This document shows, piece by piece, positions 27,283-35,317 of a stretch of DNA of 35,317 nt. The stretch is taken from NCBI GenBank assembly GCA_016207465.1, contig JACQPP010000075.1, positions 1 to 35,317 on the forward strand, written 5' to 3'. The DNA is from Methanobacteriota archaeon. GTDB taxonomy: Archaea; Halobacteriota; Syntropharchaeia; JACQPP01. The notes under the pieces are model-generated. The model was not told where the DNA came from. It made no database searches and saw only the letters and a list, made by a program, of their open reading frames with translations. The first letter of the stretch is position 1; every line of letters starts with the position of its first letter. The position numbers and the translations under genes are program-made.

Positions 27283-27942
27283 ATGACCCGGCCTCCGGTG
27301 GAACGCCGTGAATTCGACTACGGCGGGCTCCGCCTGGTCCTCTACGACGGGGTCTACGTCCCCAGCGACGACACGATGCTGCTGGCGGAGACCCTCCGCG
27401 TCCCTCCGGGAGCCCGAGTTCTGGACATGTGCACCGGCTCCGGCCTCCTCGGACTCCTCGCCGCCCGCCGTGGGGCCCGCCGGGTGGTGCTGGCGGACGA
27501 CGACCCCCTCGCCCTCCGGTGCGCCAGTGAGAACGCCGAGAGGAACGGCCTCAAGAACGCGGAGGTGGTGCGGAGCGACCTCTTCCAGAAGGTCCAGGGC
27601 CGGTTCGACCTCATCCTCTTCAATCCCCCATACCTCCCCCAGGAGAACAGCGAGGACCTCTACCTCTACGACGAGAAGTTCGAGAAATGGCGCAACATCG
27701 GAATCCACGCCTGGGACGGAGGCCCCGACGGAAGACGGCTGATAGACCGCTTCCTCCGGGAATACCCCCCCCACCTCGCCCCCGGGGGACGCATCCACAT
27801 GATAGGCTCCAGCCTCAGCGACTACGAGAAGACACGACGCATACTCAAGGCCCAGGGGATGGAGGTCAAGATACTGGGACGGCAGAGGTTCTTCTTCGAG
27901 GAGATTGTGGCGATGGGGGCGCGGCGGGGGAGAGGACGGTAG
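27283..27942 (+). CDS. HemK2/MTQ2-type protein N5-glutamine methyltransferase
   Basis: VYVPSDDTMLL, VLDMCTGSG, SDLF, FDLILFNPPY, GGPDGR..IDRFL, FFEE. Confidence 0.9.
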   Translation: MTRPPVERREFDYGGLRLVLYDGVYVPSDDTMLLAETLRVPPGARVLDMCTGSGLLGLLAARRGARRVVLADDDPLALRCASENAERNGLKNAEVVRSDLFQKVQGRFDLILFNPPYLPQENSEDLYLYDEKFEKWRNIGIHAWDGGPDGRRLIDRFLREYPPHLAPGGRIHMIGSSLSDYEKTRRILKAQGMEVKILGRQRFFFEEIVAMGARRGRGR

Positions 27943-28105
27943 AATTCTTGCGATTTAGCACAAGGTTTATAACGCCGGACAGCGCATGTAAGCCAAGCAT
28001 TGCGCAAACGAGTTTTGCCATTGGTGTTCTCCACGCGCGGAGACCGCCATCTGTCAAGCCCTTTTTCGGAGTGCATGATGAACCCACGAGAACCCGAGAT
28101 TCCCC

Positions 28106-28438
28106 ATGACGACCCTCACATTGGCCCATGGCCACGCACCGCTGTCCCCATCTCCTGCGCCCCTGCGGGGTCGCCCCATGTGCGAGTTCTGCGGCCGAAC
28201 CGGTGGGGTCCGCCGCTACCATCTCCGCGAGGGCACCCGTATCCCCGATTTTTCACTCGTCCATCCTCTGCGCCTCTGCAGAGGGTGCCACCCGGATGTG
28301 GGGGCCCACATCCGGGAGAGCCAGGGGCTTTACAGCCTCCGGGTGGACCGGCGGAGGCTTTGGAGGCGTCGGCTCCCCTCCGGCCTTCCCCGTGGGGTCG
28401 CGGGGGAAGTGCCGCGGCCTCTGGCGGCGGTCCCATGA
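28106..28438 (+). CDS. Small zinc-binding protein, degenerate HNH-like
   Basis: CEFCG..YH...LCRGCH; start is 28106 or 28178; ATGA-coupled to the next ORF. Confidence 0.5.
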   Translation: MTTLTLAHGHAPLSPSPAPLRGRPMCEFCGRTGGVRRYHLREGTRIPDFSLVHPLRLCRGCHPDVGAHIRESQGLYSLRVDRRRLWRRRLPSGLPRGVAGEVPRPLAAVP

Positions 28439-28578
28439 GGTGCACCTCCTGCGGGGGCCTCCTCCTGGTGCCTCGCGGCCACCGGGGCGCCGTGTCCTGC
28501 ACGTGCACCGGATGTCAGTTCACCATCCTCCGCACCGTGGAAGGCTTGATGCCGGGGTTCGGGTGGATTCCCCTATGA
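28435..28578 (+). CDS. 47-aa zinc-ribbon microprotein
   Basis: MRCTSCGG..CTCTGCQF; ATGA overlaps at both ends. Confidence 0.55.
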   Translation: MRCTSCGGLLLVPRGHRGAVSCTCTGCQFTILRTVEGLMPGFGWIPL

Positions 28579-28808
28579 GTTTCACCTACGGGTCCTCCCG
28601 CTCCCAGGTCTACTGCCGCTGCGGGTTCTCCTGTAGCAGCACCCACATCCTGTGGAAGCACATCGGGCGGTGGGAGTCCGAAGGCGCGGGAAAGCACGTG
28701 CGGGTCACCGGTCCCGGGGGAAGCCCCGTGGAGCGCGGCCCCGGGCGCGCGGCAAATCGAGTGAGATCAGGTCCTTTACCCGGCGAAAGGACATTCAGCG
28801 GGGATTAG
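28575..28808 (+). CDS. 77-aa C2H2-like zinc-finger microprotein
   Basis: YCRC-x12-H with LxxH (ILWKH), and a later His; ATGA overlap. Confidence 0.5.
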   Translation: MSFTYGSSRSQVYCRCGFSCSSTHILWKHIGRWESEGAGKHVRVTGPGGSPVERGPGRAANRVRSGPLPGERTFSGD

Positions 28809-30102
28809 AGAATCTATATCCTCTGCGTAATCTGCGGATTTCTTGTCCGCCTGTCAGGAATCGCCCCGACCCCGGCCGTGCCAGGACCTCCCCCTCTCGC
28901 ACCGCAATCTCCCCCCGCCGGACCACCACCTGCGGGAAGACCCCGGGGCGTCCCTCGTAGGGGCTCCACCCGCATTTGGAGTGGAGCCGCGACCCGCGGA
29001 TGGTTGTTCTCCGGTGCATATCATAGATAACGAGGTCACCATCGAGCCCCGGCCGCAGTTCGCCTTTGGGGAGCCCGAGGAGCCGGGCGGGCCTGCGGCA
29101 GGCCGCGTCCACCAGCACCCGGAGGGGGAGGCGGCCCCGGTGCACCTCCTCCAGCATCAGGGGAACCATCGTTTCGACCCCGGGGACCCCCGGCGGGGGC
29201 TCCCGGCTGCGCTTCTCGGCGGGTGTGTGGGGGGCGTGGTCGGAGGCGAGGATGGGGATGCGGCCCCGGCAGAAGAGTTCCCAGAGGGCCCGGCGGGTCT
29301 CCTCGCGGCGGATGGGGGGGTGGGTGTGGCCCCGGGGGCCCAGGCGGGCCACGTCGCGGGTGGAGAGGAGAAGGTGGTGGGGGGCGGCCTCCAGGGTGGT
29401 CCCGAGCCCTCGCGCCAGATGGACCCCGCGGGGGGTGGAGGTATGGGCCACATGGAGCCGGAGCCCTTGGGGCACGCAGATGGACTCGAGGGCACGGGCC
29501 TCGCACTCCTCCGGGCGCCTCTCCCCGTGGGTGGGCTCCGCGGAGTGGCAGGCGATGCACCCCGGGTCCTCGGCGTGGAGGATGGCAAGGGCCCCCAGGC
29601 GCCGGAGGGCCCGGAGCCCCCGCTGGAGCGCCCCGGGCTCCATCTCGTACATGAATATCTCTCCGAAGGCCATGGCCCCCGCGCGGTGGAGGGCGGAGAG
29701 GCCCCGGAGGTTGTCCCCGGTGTATCCCCCGGCGAGGGCGTAGTCCACCCGGGAGCCCCGGCCCGCGGCCTCCTGTTTCCGGCGGAACGAGGCGGAGGTG
29801 GTGACGGGGGGCCGGGTGTTGGGCATCTCCAAAATGGAGGTGACGCCTCCAGCGAGGGCGGCGGCGGAGCCGGCGGCCCAGGTCTCCTTGTGCTTCTGCC
29901 CGAGGTCGCGGAAGTGGACATGGAGGTCCACCGCCCCCGGCAGGACCAAGCGGTCCCGGGCGCCGAGGCGGGGGACGCCGGGGGCCCGCAGATTGCGCCC
30001 CACGAGCTCGATTTTCCCACCCCGGATGAGGATGTCGGAGTCGCGGAGCCCCCCGGCGGTCCAGACCCGTCCTCCTCGAACCAGCAGGTCCCTGTCCCCC
30101 AT
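28795..30102 (-). CDS. pyrC: Dihydroorotase (amidohydrolase family)
   Basis: PGAVDLHVHFRD, AALAGGVT, MPNTRP, HAED, PHHL, SDHAPH, SKCGWSPYEG. Confidence 0.88.
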   Translation of the reverse strand: MGDRDLLVRGGRVWTAGGLRDSDILIRGGKIELVGRNLRAPGVPRLGARDRLVLPGAVDLHVHFRDLGQKHKETWAAGSAAALAGGVTSILEMPNTRPPVTTSASFRRKQEAAGRGSRVDYALAGGYTGDNLRGLSALHRAGAMAFGEIFMYEMEPGALQRGLRALRRLGALAILHAEDPGCIACHSAEPTHGERRPEECEARALESICVPQGLRLHVAHTSTPRGVHLARGLGTTLEAAPHHLLLSTRDVARLGPRGHTHPPIRREETRRALWELFCRGRIPILASDHAPHTPAEKRSREPPPGVPGVETMVPLMLEEVHRGRLPLRVLVDAACRRPARLLGLPKGELRPGLDGDLVIYDMHRRTTIRGSRLHSKCGWSPYEGRPGVFPQVVVRRGEIAVREGEVLARPGSGRFLTGGQEIRRLRRGYRFSNPR

Positions 30103-30103
30103 G

Positions 30104-30715
30104 CTAGCAGGTTCCTCCCGCCTTCAGGAACACCTCGCGCACGTCGAGCCGGGGCCCCGGCTGGGAGAACACCCGCCCCTCGAAGACCGAGACCCGGGTC
30201 CCCTCTGCCAGCCAGGCATCCGGGGGGAGCCCGGCCTTCATGCAGGTCTGGCAGAGGAACTCCTCCGCGTCCCACCCCTGCTCCACCGGAACCTGGGGAA
30301 GCAGGAGGCCCCCGCGGGGGCCACGGCGCACCAGGAGGCCGTGGCGTCCCACCTCGACCCTCTTCGGGTAGTCCCGCGGGGCCCCCTCCAGGGCCACCGG
30401 CGGGGAGAGAACGGTCACCTCCACCTCCAGGTCCTCCAGTTCTCCAGGGGAGAGGGGGGGAAACCGGGGGTCCTCCCGCGCGGCCCCGCGGGCCGCCTCT
30501 CCCAGCGCCCGGGCCAGCGCCATGCGGGGCTCCGGGATTCCGATGCACCCCCGCAGGAGGCCGCTCCGCTTCAATGTGACGAAGACCCCCGCGGGACGGC
30601 CATAAATCCCATCGGTCCCCTCCAGCCCCTCAGGGAGCCTCTGGCCCCGGGCCGCGGCCTCCACCGCCCCCCGGGCCCATTGGACCGCCCGGCTCCCCTG
30701 CTCCAAGGTCAGCAT
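30104..30715 (-). CDS. AMMECR1 domain protein (AmmeMemoRadiSam protein A-like)
   Basis: GVFVTL, LRGCIG, DPRFPP, GRHGL, GLLLPQV, KAGL. Confidence 0.93.
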   Translation of the reverse strand: MLTLEQGSRAVQWARGAVEAAARGQRLPEGLEGTDGIYGRPAGVFVTLKRSGLLRGCIGIPEPRMALARALGEAARGAAREDPRFPPLSPGELEDLEVEVTVLSPPVALEGAPRDYPKRVEVGRHGLLVRRGPRGGLLLPQVPVEQGWDAEEFLCQTCMKAGLPPDAWLAEGTRVSVFEGRVFSQPGPRLDVREVFLKAGGTC

Positions 30716-30744
30716 ATCTCCACCTTAGGGTGGAGACACTACGG

Positions 30745-30751
30745 TTTAATA
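30745..30751 (+). promoter_or_regulatory. TATA box of rnpB
   Basis: tttaata ~23 nt upstream of the P1 5' strand. Confidence 0.65.
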
Positions 30752-30773
30752 CCTTGGGGCCCCCAGTCTCCCC

Positions 30774-31172
30774 GGGGAGAGTGGAAGGGCCGCCGCCGGT
30801 CCCGCCCGCAAGGGCAGGGCCGAGGAAAGTCCCCCCACCACCCACATCGGGTTCGCCCGGTGTGGAAAAGGCGGGCCCCGAGATGGGGCGCGGTGAGAAC
30901 CGCGGCTCTGGCACAGAAACGATACGGTCCCCCTTGTGGGCGATGACACCGCAAGGTTGAGGTCGAGGGAGGGCCGGTGAAACGGCGAAACCCCGCCGGT
31001 GCAAGTCGCTCCGACGACGCCCAGACCAATGCGGCCAGGCCCGAACCCTCCGCCCCCGCCGCCGCGTGCGGCAGGGACCCGGCGCAAGCCGGGGGAGAAC
31101 CGGAGACCCCTGAACCTTAAACGGGGACGGGGTGAGGGCCGAACAGAAGGGGGCTTACTCTCCACACTCCCC
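30774..31172 (+). ncRNA. rnpB: Archaeal RNase P RNA
   Basis: GAGGAAAGTCCCCCCACC (CR-I), ACAGAAAC, GGTGAAACGGC, GGTGCAAG, AACAGAAGGGGGCTTA (CR-V); P1 ggggagagtgga/tccacactcccc. Confidence 0.96.
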
Positions 31173-31225
31173 AACAATAGATTTAAGACCGAACGGTATC
31201 GGTTGACTCTATTGGGGGCATAGAA

Positions 31226-32611
31226 ATGGGCCGAAAAAATGGGGAGGTATATAAACCCTGGGGGGACACCGAGCCCAAAATACTCCAACTCCTCGACGAC
31301 AATACCCTACCCCCCGAGACCCGCTCTCACCTCGCCCACCACTCCAACTCGTTGAAGGACAAGGGCTGCGTCTACAGCCACCGCCACAAGGAAATCTACC
31401 GCGCCCACCGCTTCCTCACCTGGTGGAAGAAGACCAAGACACCCACCCTCGACGACGTGAACCGATTCCTCGGCGGACTCCGCTCCCAAGGCCACAAGGA
31501 GAAGGACATCGCCCACTTCGCCGGCTCCATCAAGCGCTACTACACCCGCGCCAACAAGGGCATCCCCCCCGAGGCCCTCCGGCTCCTCTCCACCACCCCG
31601 CGCGAGAAGCGCAAGAACCGCCCCCACTGGACCCAGGAGGACGTCGAGAAGATGATCACCGCGGCCGACCACCCCCAGAACCGCGCCATCATCATGGCCC
31701 ACATCGAATCCGGGGCCCGGCCCGAAGAATTCCTCAAGCTCTCCATCGGCGACTTCACCTTCGCCCCCGACCACAGCCACGCCAAGGTCAACCTGCCCAC
31801 CGGAAAAACCGGCCAATACACCCAGACCTGGGTCCGCACCATCCCCTACCTTCTCCTCTGGTTCCGCCACCACCCCGGCCCCAAGAAACCCGACGGCACC
31901 CTCGACCCCGCTGCCCCTCTCTGGGTAAGCCGGACTCCGCGTGCCCGGGGACAGCGGCTGAGCTACTCTGGCCTCTACCACATCCTCCAAGACGTAGGGA
32001 AGGCCGCGGGCATCCCCCCGGAGAAGCGCAACCCTTACTCGGCCCGCCGTGGAAACGCCACCTGGCTCCTCTCCCAAGGATGGACCAAAGAGAAGGTCAA
32101 CATGTGGCAGGGCCGCCTCCCCGGCTCCCGCCTCATCGACATCTACTCCCAAGATTTTGACCTCTCCCAGGAGATGCTCCGAATGACCGGGCTCCTGACC
32201 GGCAACGAAGAAAAAGACAAACCCGACCGCCTCCGGCCCATTAAATGCGAATGGTGCGGCCACATGAACGAGGCCGTCCCACCCCCCAAAGTCTGCCAAT
32301 GCGGAAAGCCCCTCAGCATCGAAGCCGCCCAAGAGTTCGAGGAGAAGAGCCAGGCCAGAATCAAGAAACTGGAGGACCAAGTCGCAGAATACCAGCATCT
32401 TAACCTCACCGTGCTGAAGGGCATGGAGGAGCTAAAGTCGATGTTCCTGAAAGACGCTATCGAGGCCCGCGCTTTCGAACTGCTTCAGGAGCAAATGGTG
32501 GAGGGAAAACTCGATCCCCTCGCTTTCAAACTGGTTATGGCGCAGGTGATGGAGGGAAAACTCGTTCAGAAAGCGGAAGCCAAAGCCGTTCCTGCGGTTA
32601 AAGGCTCGTGA
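31226..32611 (+). CDS. Tyrosine recombinase/integrase with C-terminal zinc ribbon and coiled coil
   Basis: ESGARPEE (R), GKTG (K), PYSARR (HxxR variant), QGR, IY (catalytic Y); CEWC..CQC. Confidence 0.88.
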   Translation: MGRKNGEVYKPWGDTEPKILQLLDDNTLPPETRSHLAHHSNSLKDKGCVYSHRHKEIYRAHRFLTWWKKTKTPTLDDVNRFLGGLRSQGHKEKDIAHFAGSIKRYYTRANKGIPPEALRLLSTTPREKRKNRPHWTQEDVEKMITAADHPQNRAIIMAHIESGARPEEFLKLSIGDFTFAPDHSHAKVNLPTGKTGQYTQTWVRTIPYLLLWFRHHPGPKKPDGTLDPAAPLWVSRTPRARGQRLSYSGLYHILQDVGKAAGIPPEKRNPYSARRGNATWLLSQGWTKEKVNMWQGRLPGSRLIDIYSQDFDLSQEMLRMTGLLTGNEEKDKPDRLRPIKCEWCGHMNEAVPPPKVCQCGKPLSIEAAQEFEEKSQARIKKLEDQVAEYQHLNLTVLKGMEELKSMFLKDAIEARAFELLQEQMVEGKLDPLAFKLVMAQVMEGKLVQKAEAKAVPAVKGS

Positions 32612-32967
32612 CGATGACTATGGTCTTCGTCGTAGAAGTCCGGGGAATCCCGCCCTACAAACAGGCTCCGGCAGACGTATCCGAGAGGAGAAACCAACAA
32701 GAGAGGAAGGCCATCCTAAAACATCAGTCCGAGGAGGCTCTCCGGGGAATCGGGGCCAAGTTCGATAAAGACGAGAGGCTGGGAATATGGGTATCCTACC
32801 GGAGAAAAAAGGGTAGAGCAGATGCCGCCAACATCATTGGCGGCATCGCAGACACCCTTCAGGGTCTGGTCTACTCCAACGACCACCAGCTCCGGCAGAT
32901 CCACTACGAGGAACAACCTGGTGAGGTGGATGGTTATACCGTCAAGGTTTCTGTCCTTGATGGGTAG
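32608..32967 (+). CDS. RusA-like protein (divergent)
   Basis: VRGIPP; DAANII..IADTLQGLVYSNDHQL resembles the RusA DxDN..K..D.L.G..Y.DD.Q motif; GTGA overlap with the integrase. Confidence 0.6.
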   Translation: MTMTMVFVVEVRGIPPYKQAPADVSERRNQQERKAILKHQSEEALRGIGAKFDKDERLGIWVSYRRKKGRADAANIIGGIADTLQGLVYSNDHQLRQIHYEEQPGEVDGYTVKVSVLDG

Positions 32968-33057
32968 GCTGCTGCTTCTACGGTACGGACCCGGTTACAA
33001 CCGTGTTCAACGCCCTCAAGAGGCTTCGCAGAACCCGGCTCCCTGCGATAATGCCAC

Positions 33058-33393
33058 CTACTCCATCTTGCGCTGCCCCACTTCTATCTTTTCCTTTAGG
33101 ATTCTTGTTATTCCTTCCGGAGTCAATTCAACTTCTTCTCTTTCGATCAGAAGCCTTACCGGTTTCTCCTTGAGCTTACTCCATAGCCAATTACCCAATA
33201 TACTGGCTGCCACACCTGAGCCAAAAGATAGAGTGAAATAGAAGATCTCTGGTGCGCCATCCGCATCCATCGCAAATGAGCGATTATATTCGATAGATGC
33301 GTCATCCCCAATCTTCTGAGCTCTATCAGTCCCAAACAATTCTGAGAAGACGCTTGAGTCCATCGTCTCGATAGTTCCCTGAATGCGAGTCAT
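33058..33393 (-). CDS. Hypothetical protein with Gly/Ala-rich hydrophobic segment
   Basis: 111 aa; SD gaggtagg; FTLSFGSGVAASILGNWLWSKLK; low-GC codon usage. Confidence 0.7.
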   Translation of the reverse strand: MTRIQGTIETMDSSVFSELFGTDRAQKIGDDASIEYNRSFAMDADGAPEIFYFTLSFGSGVAASILGNWLWSKLKEKPVRLLIEREEVELTPEGITRILKEKIEVGQRKME

Positions 33394-33490
33394 CCTACCT
33401 CATACACAGTACCTGCCCGGCATTAGGATTTCGATAGGGGGGTGAAAGTGTTTGGTACGTAGTGACGCCCGCCTGCGGCGTCGAACTACA

Positions 33491-34567
33491 TCACTGGTTG
33501 AGCCAAGTGTTCCCGCTGCGGGCTCGTAGCCAGCCAGACAGGACAAGGGCGACCAGGCTTATGCGGTAGGGGTCGTTTTCCGTGGAGACATCAAAATATC
33601 GTAGAAGCCACCTCACGCCCTTGTTTCTGTATCTGAGGAGCCTCCGGTCGGGTCTCGTCCCCATGGAAGCCTCGAAAAGGGCGAGAAGGGCCCAGCAGGT
33701 GTCGACGAGAGCGGGGCGGGCACCGGCCGTAGGACCCCAGGCCATGTGAGAACGGTCGAAAGCGTCCAGTACATGGTCGACGCAGGCGGCCGCCATACTC
33801 TCCCGCTGTGCGGCAGAGAGAACAATCGCGGCCTCGCCCATGTAGCGAATTCGCGGAGCCTCGCCGATGTCCTCCGGAAATCCTCCGAAAAGACGGTATT
33901 GCTCCTCCAGCCATCGCAATGCCCGCCCGATACCTCCGGGATAGGGCCCTTGTTGCTCGACAATCCGGTCGTCGATGCTCCTCGACTCGCCGGAACACAC
34001 CCAGGTCTCACCCGCATCCACCCCAGGGGCCAGCAGACTTCGAAGAACGTAGAGCGTCTTTTGAATGGGATTTTCGATCCCCCACTGGCCGGTTTCCTTC
34101 TGGATATTTTTCAGATGCCGGAGAGCGTCCTCTAGGACTCCCTCTTGGTCCTGCGGCTTCAGATGGTCCTGGAAGACACCACAGCTTAGGACCACATCCG
34201 CGGAGTCCATGATGATGGGCCACGTTCCCGACCTCCGGAACTCCCTCCATCTTCCGGTCACGAAATCCAACGCTCGTCCGATGATTCGCGCCTCGGGATT
34301 CGATGCTCGCCGGATGGCCAGCAGACTCCAGGCGGTGTCGCGGAGCGTAGGATCCCGGTAGCCCCACCCTCCACGGCCATCGAGCGGGATTTGGAGCCGA
34401 ACCAGTCGCTCTACGCAGGCGCTGAAGACGCCCAAGACCTGCGATTCCCGAAGAGGCAAAACGATACTGTTCAGCTCGTTCACGAATCGGCGGGGGCCGA
34501 ACCAGAGGAGGAATGCCTCGAACAAGGCCAGAAGACCGACCAGTACCCCCATCTCCTCCAGCACCAT
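33491..34567 (-). CDS. Prenyltransferase/squalene-cyclase repeat (alpha/alpha barrel) protein with N-terminal TM
   Basis: Repeated QW-like motifs (LQ..DG.GGWG, IQKETGQWG, EQ...GGFP) each followed by DTxxxLxAL-type helices. Confidence 0.65.
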   Translation of the reverse strand: MVLEEMGVLVGLLALFEAFLLWFGPRRFVNELNSIVLPLRESQVLGVFSACVERLVRLQIPLDGRGGWGYRDPTLRDTAWSLLAIRRASNPEARIIGRALDFVTGRWREFRRSGTWPIIMDSADVVLSCGVFQDHLKPQDQEGVLEDALRHLKNIQKETGQWGIENPIQKTLYVLRSLLAPGVDAGETWVCSGESRSIDDRIVEQQGPYPGGIGRALRWLEEQYRLFGGFPEDIGEAPRIRYMGEAAIVLSAAQRESMAAACVDHVLDAFDRSHMAWGPTAGARPALVDTCWALLALFEASMGTRPDRRLLRYRNKGVRWLLRYFDVSTENDPYRISLVALVLSGWLRARSGNTWLNQ

Positions 34568-34675
34568 CAGGGCCTCCGATTACTCCCCTTTCGGCTTAAA
34601 AGCACTGTTGCCTCACGTGTAGCATAATCTTGTTCCCTCAATGTGCAAAAAGACTCTTTCGTTCCCCATAGTCAC

Positions 34676-34708
34676 TGAACTACGCACCCCCTAAAGGGGG
34701 TGGGGCCT
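34676..34708 (-). mobile_element. IS200/IS605-like end remnant
   Basis: Minus strand reads gcccca-ccccc-ttta-ggggg-tgcg-tagttca, a subterminal hairpin followed by the terminal TTCA. Confidence 0.5.
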
Positions 34709-34923
34709 GGAGCCCGGGGAGGCTCCCCTTGACTCCCTTCTACATCGCGTAAGTCCCCAGTCGTGTCTGCCGCGTGCGACACCTCCCCGCCACGGATTTC
34801 GAGTTCTACCTACCGCCTGCCTCTTGGACTTCTCCAACTGCTCCTCCGCTCAATTCAGCTCCCCGCAAATATGGAAAAGGAATATTGTCCTCCTGCTGGC
34901 GGAACCCCCATTCGGAGGTATCT

Positions 34924-35317
34924 ATGGACTTCACTACCGCAATCCAACAATTCCTTTATTGCAGGAGGGTCGACCGGAACCTATCCGAGAAGACCCTGAA
35001 GGCGTACAACTCGGATCTATCGAGCCTTCAGGAGTTTCTGGGTCAAAGAAGTGTGGAGGAGGTCGGAATCCACGATTTGAGGGGTTACATCGCCCGTCAA
35101 GGGACACGCTGTCTAAAGGACACGACAATTCGCAGGAGGATTGCCAGTATCAAAGCCTTCTTTGCGTATCTGGAAGAGGAGGAGACCATATCTTTCTCCC
35201 CCGCCCGAAAACTCCGCTACCAATTCAAGGTGACCCGCCGACTGCCACGGGTCCTGTCCCGGAACGAGATTCGCAGGCTTCTCACAACCGCCTCGCGGAT
35301 GGCACACGGCGTTGGGA
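34924..35317 (+). CDS. XerC/D-like tyrosine recombinase, N-terminal part (runs off window; absent from ORF track)
   Basis: SD ggaggt; MDFTTAIQQFL..RNLSEKTLKAYNSDL..TIRRRIASIKAFFAYL..SPA..LPRVLS..EI.RLL. Confidence 0.88.
   Translation, partial: MDFTTAIQQFLYCRRVDRNLSEKTLKAYNSDLSSLQEFLGQRSVEEVGIHDLRGYIARQGTRCLKDTTIRRRIASIKAFFAYLEEEETISFSPARKLRYQFKVTRRLPRVLSRNEIRRLLTTASRMAHGVG

Noticed and set aside
34763-35307. Short ORFs listed in the track near the right end
   Set aside because: Superseded by the open XerC/D-like frame starting at 34924.

Overview
High-GC archaeal DNA, most likely a gyrase-bearing euryarchaeote. The evidence is an archaeal RNase P RNA, TATA boxes, RAD55/KaiC ATPases, ApgM, a HemK2-type methyltransferase, AMMECR1 and GyrA. 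Gene order: gyrA 3' end; a RAD55 / RAD55-GTPase fusion / roadblock / USP operon; a lipoprotein cytochrome c with ccmABCDE; glutaredoxin, SDR epimerase, bioD, iscA, hscB and Hsp70; three exported proteins; GH2 beta-mannosidase; ABC-2 exporter; hicBA flanked by a duplicated msrB 3' end; B12-binding radical SAM; HxlR; apgM; tmk; SDR; HemK; three coupled micro zinc-finger ORFs; pyrC; AMMECR1; rnpB; then a lower-GC island with two tyrosine recombinases. The most unusual signals are non-coding. (1) A ~150-bp element occurs twice, sense-oriented ahead of genes, with conserved flanks, hairpins whose sequence is replaced but whose pairing is kept, and a triplex-compatible mirror repeat. (2) A ~230-nt highly structured candidate ncRNA with its own TATA box abuts one copy. 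(3) An ORF-less IS200/IS605-like mini-element supplies the ccmE stop codon. (4) The RNase P RNA has atypical architecture and sits next to an integrase. All calls come from motif reading only; no searches were run.
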